Notes under the pieces: model-generated
The model's input: only the letters and a program-made list of their open reading frames with translations
Databases searched by the model: none
Told to the model about the DNA's origin: nothing
From: Zymomonas mobilis subsp. mobilis ATCC 10988
GTDB taxonomy: Bacteria; Pseudomonadota; Alphaproteobacteria; Sphingomonadales; Sphingomonadaceae
Length of the DNA: 32,000 nucleotides
Reading direction: 5' to 3'
Assembly (NCBI RefSeq): GCF_000175255.2
Contig: NC_017262.1
Span: 960,001-992,000, forward strand
Translations under genes and position numbers: made by a program
Shown: one piece after another, positions 9,273-16,331 of the stretch
Numbering within the stretch: the first letter of the stretch is position 1
How the letters are laid out: each line of letters starts with the position of its first letter

Positions 9273-10700
9273 TTACTGCGGCATAGGCTGTGTGTCCGAA
9301 ATATTTGGTTTAAGACAGGCCTTATGATTGATGAAGTCGAGATAGAGGCTTGCTTTGTCTAGGATAGATGTACTTATAATTATTACTGGCTTGCGCCTAT
9401 TATCTTCTTCGACAAGTGCCTTTATTTTTCCATAGTTTATTCCATCAATAAATAAATTTTCGTTATTCAAATAACCGACAATTTTAATCATTTTTTTATT
9501 TGAATTTACATCTTCTTCGAAAGATTGTTTTTTTTCTTCAGCTGTAAATTGGAGCTTAAAGGTTAATAAGTTGAATATGGTATTATCTTGAGTAAAGTCG
9601 ACGGCAACTAAATTAGTTTTGCCTTGCCAAGTAATCGGATATTTAAGGGCTTGGAAGTCGCCCGCTAACGCGCTGCCAAGGTGGATATCTTGTTGACAAT
9701 TGCAATTGATATCCTTGCCAAAGATCATCTGCTGTTTATCTATCTTGATTTTACCGAGCTTTTGTAAAATCATGAGTCCCAGATAGGCTTGGCTGACATT
9801 GGTGAAAAGGAAGGGAACGTTTTTTAAAACAGCCTTCCCAATTTTGAGCTCATCAACGATGCCGAGATCGCCGCTATAAAATTCAGATGCAGCATTGGTT
9901 GCTCTCTCAATATGTCCAACGATATGGACATGAGGGGAATGGCTCCATGCTTTGGGTAATTTGCCAATAGCTGCGCTGGTTTCCAAAAAGAAAGGAACTT
10001 CTTTCTCGTTTAGGGAGGCTATTACATAAGGGACATGTTCCGCATTACGCCTAAAGTTTTCTTTTATAGGAATTTGATACTGTAGTGGAATGCTTTGTTG
10101 GTACTCTATGTCTGTAATAGTAAAGGGTTGTATTGGGTTCGGGGAGACAGATAGTCCTCCCATCTTAACATCCGCAAGGGAGAATTGTTGTAATCCTGAG
10201 ATTTTTCGAACGGGTGGGTAATAGATATTTTTAATAAAATCGAGGCTTTTACCCCAATCTTTGAGATTACCGTCCAGAAAATAATTACCGGCTAAAATCT
10301 GTTTGCATACCATGCCTATGGCATTGATAGGCGGTAACGAAGCTGAGGTGTCTGGTTTTTGAAAGAAAGTCTTATCACAGATATCAAGTAATTTATTGGC
10401 GCTTTGATAGTCTCCTTTGATGCGGAGCTTGTTTATTTCAGCATATTGGCTGGCAAGATTATTGCTTTCCAGCGCATTGATGGCTTTGTCGATGAGAAGG
10501 CTGTCGCCCTCCAATACCCCTTCTTGTATTTCATCGCCACCCAGTCGAATTTCAATACCGTTTTTTAACGTTTCAGGTGTTTGTTGCTTGAGAAGTTCGA
10601 TGAGCCTTGGAGAGATAAGAGGCTTGTCAGCTTTCAATGGCGGTAGGCAAAAGCTGTTTAGAAGAAGGGCATAGAGAAGAAATCGGTATTTCTTAGACAT
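9273..10700 (-). CDS. P2: exported two-lobe retropepsin-like paralogue (475 aa)
   Basis: Signal peptide MSKKYRFLLYALLLNSFCLPPLKA. NEKEVPFFLETSAAIGKLP, GDLGIVDELKIG, YLGLMILQKLGKIKIDKQQM, second lobe TNLVAVDFTQDN and IISTSILDKASLYLDFINHKACL. Confidence 0.9.
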   Translation of the reverse strand: MSKKYRFLLYALLLNSFCLPPLKADKPLISPRLIELLKQQTPETLKNGIEIRLGGDEIQEGVLEGDSLLIDKAINALESNNLASQYAEINKLRIKGDYQSANKLLDICDKTFFQKPDTSASLPPINAIGMVCKQILAGNYFLDGNLKDWGKSLDFIKNIYYPPVRKISGLQQFSLADVKMGGLSVSPNPIQPFTITDIEYQQSIPLQYQIPIKENFRRNAEHVPYVIASLNEKEVPFFLETSAAIGKLPKAWSHSPHVHIVGHIERATNAASEFYSGDLGIVDELKIGKAVLKNVPFLFTNVSQAYLGLMILQKLGKIKIDKQQMIFGKDINCNCQQDIHLGSALAGDFQALKYPITWQGKTNLVAVDFTQDNTIFNLLTFKLQFTAEEKKQSFEEDVNSNKKMIKIVGYLNNENLFIDGINYGKIKALVEEDNRRKPVIIISTSILDKASLYLDFINHKACLKPNISDTQPMPQ

Positions 10701-10754
10701 GACAGGCTTTCAATAAAACAAGTTGTGATAACGCGCTTCCCCCTTCTTTGATAT
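10701..10754 (-). repeat. 54-bp spacer, copy between P3 and P2
   Basis: gacaggctttcaataaaacaagttgtgataacgcgcttcccccttctttgatat. Confidence 0.9.
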
Positions 10755-12182
10755 TTACTGCGATATAGGCGTAGCATCCGAATTGTTCGGCTTGAGGCAG
10801 GCCTTGTGATTGATGAAGTCGAGATAGAGAGTGACTTTGTTGAGGATAAACAAGCCCATAATGGTAGCTGGATCTTGGATAGTATCTTTTGCAATAAACT
10901 CTTCTCTTACTCCATAATTGATCCCATCAATGGATAAGTCAGATTTTACAATGCGCCCTTGACTTAGAACAGTTTTGTTATTTTCTTTTGTGGGGAATTG
11001 GAATGTGGTTTCTTGTTCTTCTTTTGTGAAATCTGGTTTAAATGTCCATAGCGTAAAGTCGCTATTATCCTCAGTAAGGTCAATTGCGACTAGACTGGTT
11101 TTACCTTGCCACGTAATTGGGTATTTGAGGGTTTGGAAATCGCCCCCCAATGCGCTGCCAAGATGGATATCTTGCTGACAATTACAATTGATATCCTTGC
11201 CAAAGGTCATTTGCTGTTTATCTATTTTGATTTTACCTAATTTTTGTAAAATCATGAGCCCCAGATAGGCTTGGCTGACATCGGTAAAAAGGAAGGGAAC
11301 GTTCTTTAAAACAGCTTTTCCAATTTTGAGCTCATCAACGATGCCGAGATCGCCACTAAAAAATTCAGATGCAGCATTGGTTGATCTATCGAGATGTCCG
11401 ATAATATGGACATGAGGGGAATGACTCCATGCTTTGGGTAGTTTTCCAATAGCGGCACCGGTTTCTAAAAAGAAAGGCACCTCTTTCCCATTCAACGAAA
11501 CCATTGCGGAAGGAACATTTTCAGCAAAACGCCGATGATCTTCATGTATCGGAATTTTATATTGTAGTGGAATGCTTTGCTGGTGATCTATGTCTGTAAT
11601 GGTGAATGGGGGTATAGAATCCGGAGAAACGGACAACCTCCCCATTTCAATATCTGTAAGCGAGAACTGCTCTAATCCTGAAATTTTTCGGATGGGGGGA
11701 TAATAGACATTTCTAACAAAATGAAGAATTTTAGCCCAATCTTTCAGATTACCATCTAAGAAGTAATTACCTGCTAAAATTTGTTGGCATGTCATACCTA
11801 CGCCACTGATGGGTGGAAGTAAGTCGGGATCATAGGGTTTTTGAAAAAAAGTTTTACCGCAGATATCCAGCAGTTTATTGGCGTTTTGATAGTCGCCTTT
11901 GACGCGTAATTTATCTATTTTAGCATATTGGCTGACGAGATTATTGCCTTTTAGTGCATTGGCGGCTTTGTCGATGAGTAGGTCATCTCCCTCTAATACT
12001 CCCCTTTGCATTTCTTCGTCACCCGGTCGAATTTCAATACCATTTTTTAACGTTTCAGGTGTTTGTTGCTTGAGAAGTTCGATCAATTTTGGAGAAACGA
12101 GAGGCTTGTCAGCTTTTAATTCTGACAGAAGGACGCTGTTTAGAAGAAGGGGGTAGAGAAGAAATCGGTATTTCTTAGGCAT
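10755..12182 (-). CDS. P3: exported two-lobe retropepsin-like paralogue (475 aa)
   Basis: Same layout as P2. FFLETGAAIGKLP motif and SLVAIDLTEDN second-lobe motif. Full-length 1428 bp. Confidence 0.9.
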   Translation of the reverse strand: MPKKYRFLLYPLLLNSVLLSELKADKPLVSPKLIELLKQQTPETLKNGIEIRPGDEEMQRGVLEGDDLLIDKAANALKGNNLVSQYAKIDKLRVKGDYQNANKLLDICGKTFFQKPYDPDLLPPISGVGMTCQQILAGNYFLDGNLKDWAKILHFVRNVYYPPIRKISGLEQFSLTDIEMGRLSVSPDSIPPFTITDIDHQQSIPLQYKIPIHEDHRRFAENVPSAMVSLNGKEVPFFLETGAAIGKLPKAWSHSPHVHIIGHLDRSTNAASEFFSGDLGIVDELKIGKAVLKNVPFLFTDVSQAYLGLMILQKLGKIKIDKQQMTFGKDINCNCQQDIHLGSALGGDFQTLKYPITWQGKTSLVAIDLTEDNSDFTLWTFKPDFTKEEQETTFQFPTKENNKTVLSQGRIVKSDLSIDGINYGVREEFIAKDTIQDPATIMGLFILNKVTLYLDFINHKACLKPNNSDATPISQ

Positions 12183-12236
12183 GACAGGCTTTCGATAAAA
12201 CGAGTTGTGATGACGCGCTTCCCCCTTCTCTGATAT
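12183..12236 (-). repeat. 54-bp spacer, copy between P4 and P3
   Basis: gacaggctttcgataaaacgagttgtgatgacgcgcttcccccttctctgatat. Confidence 0.9.
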
Positions 12237-13664
12237 TTACTGTGGCATAGGCTGTGTGTCCGATTCATCCGGCATGAGACAGGCCTTGTGATTGATGAAG
12301 TCGAGATAGAGGCTGCCTTTGTCTAGGACAAACGCGCCTATAATCGTTGAAGGATTACGTATCGTATCTTTTATGACTAATTCTTTCTTCTTACCATAAT
12401 CAATCCCGTCGATAGATAAGTTGGACTCTGTGAAATAAGCAGGGTTTTTTATTTTAGTGCCGTCAACATTATTTGTAACATCAAAAAAATGGTTCTGTTG
12501 GTTCTTTAAAAATTTATCTTTGAAGGTGAGTATATCATAATCAATATTATTTTGAGTTAAATCAATTGCAGCAAAATTACGTTTATTTTTCCAATAAAAT
12601 GGATATTTTAATACTTGATGATCCCCTTTAAAGGTGATTCCAAAATGAACATCTTGTTGACAGATACAATTAACGTCTTTGCCAAAAATCATTTTCTGTT
12701 TATCTATTTTAATTTTTCCTAGCTTTTGTAAAATCATGAGTCCCAGATAGGCCTGATTGACATTGGTAAAAAGGAAGGGAACGTTCTTTAGCGTGGCATT
12801 TCCTATTTTTAATTCTTCGACAATACCGAGCTCGCCGCTATAATTTTCAGAAGCGGCATTATCTGCGTTATTAATATGCCCGATGAGGTGGACATTGGAC
12901 GCATGGCTAAATTTAGTTGGTAATTTGCCAATAGCGGCACCAGTTTCTAGAAAGAAGGGAATATCTTCTTTGTTTAATGAGGCAATTATAGACGGCAGTT
13001 TTTCCGCATTCCGCCTATAAATTTCCTCTATCGGAATTTGAAACTGCAACGGAACTGATTGTTGTTGCTCTATTCCTGTAACGGTAAAGGGAGGGATAGA
13101 ATCTGGAGAAATTGTCAAATTCCCCATCTTTGTTACAGCAAGAGAAAATTTTTCAAGTCCTTTAAATTTTTGGATAGCTGGGTAGTAGACATTTTCAATA
13201 AGGTTGAGTTCTATGCCCCAGTTTTTAATATCTCCCTCTAAAAAATAATTCCCTATAAGCATTTGACTGCAAGTCAATAATATACCGTTAATAGGTGATA
13301 ATAGATCCTGTGCATTTTTGTCTTGAAAGAAATTTTTATTGCATATTTCCAGTTGTCTATTGGCTTCTTGAAAAGCACCTTTAGATTGATAGACTTCAAT
13401 CTCAGCAAAATTCTGAACGATATTCGTGCTTTCTTTCGAAGTAGCAATTTTTTGAATTAAGGATGTATCTCCTTCGAATAAGGCTTGTTGAAGCTCTTCG
13501 CCACTAGGACGTAATTCTATGCCTTCTTGAAGCATTTCTGGTTTATATTGCCTGAGAATCTCGATCAATTTTGGAGAGACAAGGGGCTTGTCAGCTTTTA
13601 ATTCTGGCAGAAGAAAACTGTTTAGAAGAAGGGGATAGAGAAGAAATCGGTATTTCTTAGGCAT
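12237..13664 (-). CDS. P4: exported two-lobe retropepsin-like paralogue (475 aa)
   Basis: Same layout. FFLETGAAIGKLP, ELGIVEELKIG, NFAAIDLTQNN. Full-length 1428 bp. Confidence 0.9.
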   Translation of the reverse strand: MPKKYRFLLYPLLLNSFLLPELKADKPLVSPKLIEILRQYKPEMLQEGIELRPSGEELQQALFEGDTSLIQKIATSKESTNIVQNFAEIEVYQSKGAFQEANRQLEICNKNFFQDKNAQDLLSPINGILLTCSQMLIGNYFLEGDIKNWGIELNLIENVYYPAIQKFKGLEKFSLAVTKMGNLTISPDSIPPFTVTGIEQQQSVPLQFQIPIEEIYRRNAEKLPSIIASLNKEDIPFFLETGAAIGKLPTKFSHASNVHLIGHINNADNAASENYSGELGIVEELKIGNATLKNVPFLFTNVNQAYLGLMILQKLGKIKIDKQKMIFGKDVNCICQQDVHFGITFKGDHQVLKYPFYWKNKRNFAAIDLTQNNIDYDILTFKDKFLKNQQNHFFDVTNNVDGTKIKNPAYFTESNLSIDGIDYGKKKELVIKDTIRNPSTIIGAFVLDKGSLYLDFINHKACLMPDESDTQPMPQ

Positions 13665-13718
13665 GACAGGCTTTCGATAAAATGAGTTGTGATGACGCTC
13701 TTCCTCCTTCTTTGATAT
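13665..13718 (-). repeat. 54-bp spacer, copy between P5 and P4
   Basis: gacaggctttcgataaaatgagttgtgatgacgctcttcctccttctttgatat. Confidence 0.9.
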
Positions 13719-14035
13719 TTACTGCGGTATGGGCTGTTCGTCCGAATTGTTCGGCTTGAGGCAGGCTTTGTGATTGATGAAGTCGAGATAGAGGTCAGCT
13801 TTTTCGAGGATGGATACCCCCATTGATCGAAACGGACGATGAACACTATCCTTTTTAAATAATTCTTTTGTTTTTCCATAATTGATACCATCAATTATGA
13901 GATTAACTTCTTTTTGGTAAATAGATTCCTCCTTTGACTTTGTATTTGGTAAATTTGTAGTAATTTCTCTAGATTTTTTTTCTTCTTCTGGCGTAAAATT
14001 ATGTTGGGAAATAATAATACTGACATCGTCGAGAC
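13719..14035 (-). pseudogene. P5: C-terminal remnant of a paralogue; N-terminal ~3/4 missing at the IS junction
   Basis: SLDDVSIIISQHNFTPEEEKKS...LIIDGINYGKTKELFKKD...MGVSILEKADLYLDFINHKACLKPNNSDEQPIPQ*, bounded by the IS end at 14036. Confidence 0.88.
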
Positions 14036-14886
14036 TAGGCTCAGGACTCATTCTTTGAGATAGAAGATGAAACTTGCTGCGATATGGATTGCTGACATGA
14101 ATGTGTGAGCGCACCGGTCGTATCGTGTTGCGACACGCCGCCAGTCTTTGAGCTTTGCGAACATATTTTCGATGAGGTGACGCTTTTTATACAGATGCCA
14201 GTCGTAAGGCGGCTTTGATTTCCGGTTCTTCTTCGGCGGAATACAGGCGGTGATATTCCGGTCTGCGAGAGACTGTCTGATTTTATTACTGTCGTATCCC
14301 CGGTCCCCGAGAATTTCTTGTGTTTCTTCCGGCAGATTTGCCAGCAGAACATCCGCGCCTTTGAAGTCACTGACCTGACCTGCGGTCAGATGCAGCCGGA
14401 CAGGGCGGCCCTGACTATCGCATACAGCGTGAAGCTTTGAGTTCAGTCCGCCTTTCGTGCGTCCGATATGGCGGGGAAAAGCCCCTTTTTGAGCAGGGAG
14501 GCCGCTGTCCGGTGTGCTTTCAGATGTGTTGCATCGATCATCAGACGCTTCGAACGGCCTGCCTGCTCCGTCAGGGCGACGAAGATCCGGTCAAAGACAC
14601 CCAGGCGGCTCCACCGGATAAACCGGTTGTATAAAGTCTTGTGCGGGCCATACGCTTTCGGGGCGTCTTTCCACTGAAGGCCGTTGCGGATCACGTAAAC
14701 GATCCCGCTCAGGACACGACGGTCATCGACACGCGGCACACCATGCGCCAGTGGAAAAAACGGCTTAATCCGTTCCATCTGGTGCTCAGACAGCAAAAAC
14801 ACGTCACTCACAGCTTCACCTCCATCGGTAAACCTGTGAATCACAACAGCCCGCTCAACTCAAGAAATTAACAGGTCCTGAGCCTA
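14034..14886 (-). mobile_element. Second type of IS5-family element (849 bp, 14036-14884) flanked by TA at 14034-14035 and 14885-14886
   Basis: Inverted ends GGCTCAGGAC; CTA|GGCTC...GAGCC|TAG junctions. Encodes an IS5-type transposase unrelated in detail to copies 1 and 2. Confidence 0.9.
14048..14811 (-). CDS. IS5-family DDE transposase with presumed -1 frameshift
   Basis: N-terminal frame (14443-14811): (V)SDVFLLSEHQMERIKPFFPLAHGVPRVDDRRVLSGIVYVIRNGLQWKDAP..., reaching LLKKG. The -1 frame continues RHIGRTKGGLNSKLHAVCDSQGRPVRLHLTAGQVSDFKGADVLLANLPEETQEILGDRGYDSNKIRQ...YKKRHLIENMFAKLKDWRRVATRYDRCAHTFMSAIHIAASFIFYLKE* (stop at 14048). Slippery-like A-AAG-GGG at 14482-14490. The ORF track's 14041-14370 ORF is the wrong frame. 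Confidence 0.82.
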
Positions 14887-16277
14887 GGTTTAAGACAGGC
14901 CTTGTGATTGATGAAGTCGAGATAGAGGCTGCCTTTGTCTAGGATCGACACGCCTATAACTTTAGCCGGGATATGTAATTCGTCTTTTTCTACAGATTTT
15001 AGTCTTTTGCCGTAGTCGATGCCATCAATGGAAAGATTACCATCCGTTAAATAAATAGAAGAAATTATTTTCTTTCCATTTATTTCGCGATCCATTTCAA
15101 AAGATTGTTTTTCCTCTTCGGGGGTGAAGTCAGGTTGGAAGACCATAAAACTAAGATGGGCATCAGTGAGTCTAAGATTAATGGCAGCCATCTCGGTCTT
15201 TCCTTGCCATGTGATTTGATATCTTAAAGCATGAAAACGGCCGTCAAATATGCTGCCAAGTTGGATGTCTTTCTGGCAGTGACAATCAATATCTTTTCCG
15301 AAAGTGAAATATTGCCGATCTATTTTTATTTTGCCTAATTTTTGAAGAACCATCAGGCTAAGGGACGCTTCATCTGTATTTGTAAACAGGAACGGGACAT
15401 TTTTTAGAATCGCCGTCCCGATTTTTAGCTCATCAACAATACCAAGATCGCCATTATAGGCTTCGCCACGTCCATTGGTCGCTATTTCAATATGTCCGAC
15501 GATATGGACGTGAGGCGAATGGCTTAAGGCTTTGGGTAAGAAACTAATTGCGGTATCTGTTCCTAAGAAAAATGAGAAATCGGTTCCGTTTAAAGATGCG
15601 GTTAAATAAGGGACATTCCAAGTAATACTTTTATTGCCTTCTTGAGTAAATTTTTGGGATTGTAGCGGCAGTGTTTGCTGCTGATCTATTCCGGTAACAG
15701 TGAAGGGGGGGATCTCACTGGGGGGAACTGAAAGGTTGCCCATTTTAATATCGAAAAGAGAAAATTGCTCTAATCCTGCAAATTTTCGGATGGGAGGGTA
15801 GTAAGTATTTTTGATGTCATCAATTTTTTTGCCCCAAGCAGCAAGATTGCCTTCAAGAAAATAATTTCCCGCCAAGAGCTGATCACAGATCATGGCACCC
15901 AGATTTATAGGCGAAAGATGTATCCCGCTGCCCTCCATAAAATAGGTTTTATGGCAAATCTTGAGCTGTCTATCCGCTTCTTTGAAGTCGCCTTTAGTTC
16001 TTAGTAGATCTGTGTTTATAAATTTCTTTTCAAAGTTGGTGCGTTTCGGATCATCGATCATTTTTTGGAGATGAAGGCTATCTCCTTCGTAAAGGGCTAA
16101 AGTACTTTCATCGCCACCAGGGGCGACCTTTAGCCCTTCCTTTAAAGTTTGAGGGCTTTGCTGCTTTAGAAAGTCAACCAATCTGGAAGAGGGAAGGCTC
16201 TTTGTTGCTTTTAATGGTGGCAGGAGAACGCTGTTTAGAAGAAGGGGGTAGAGAAGAGATCGGTATTTTTTGAACAT
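14868..16277 (-). CDS. P6: exported two-lobe retropepsin-like paralogue with IS-altered C-terminus
   Basis: MFKKYRSLLYPLLLNSVLLPPLKA signal peptide; FFLGTDTAISFLP. Last residues are KACLKP-RLRTC*, where RLRTC comes from the IS end instead of the usual ~11-residue tail. Confidence 0.87.
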   Translation of the reverse strand: MFKKYRSLLYPLLLNSVLLPPLKATKSLPSSRLVDFLKQQSPQTLKEGLKVAPGGDESTLALYEGDSLHLQKMIDDPKRTNFEKKFINTDLLRTKGDFKEADRQLKICHKTYFMEGSGIHLSPINLGAMICDQLLAGNYFLEGNLAAWGKKIDDIKNTYYPPIRKFAGLEQFSLFDIKMGNLSVPPSEIPPFTVTGIDQQQTLPLQSQKFTQEGNKSITWNVPYLTASLNGTDFSFFLGTDTAISFLPKALSHSPHVHIVGHIEIATNGRGEAYNGDLGIVDELKIGTAILKNVPFLFTNTDEASLSLMVLQKLGKIKIDRQYFTFGKDIDCHCQKDIQLGSIFDGRFHALRYQITWQGKTEMAAINLRLTDAHLSFMVFQPDFTPEEEKQSFEMDREINGKKIISSIYLTDGNLSIDGIDYGKRLKSVEKDELHIPAKVIGVSILDKGSLYLDFINHKACLKPRLRTC

Positions 16278-16331
16278 AAAAGGCTTTCGATAAAACAAGT
16301 TGTGATGACGCTCTTCCCCCTTCTTTGATAT
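16278..16331 (-). repeat. 54-bp spacer, copy between P7 and P6
   Basis: aaaaggctttcgataaaacaagttgtgatgacgctcttcccccttctttgatat. Confidence 0.9.

Noticed and set aside
14041-14370. 109-aa minus-strand ORF in the second IS type
   Set aside because: Composition is not transposase-like. The overlapping frame gives a clean DDE C-terminus ending at 14048.
6885-16331. Regularly spaced identical 54-bp repeats considered as CRISPR-like
   Set aside because: Intervals are 1428-bp coding genes, repeats are not palindromic, and there are no cas genes. These are spacers of tandemly duplicated genes.
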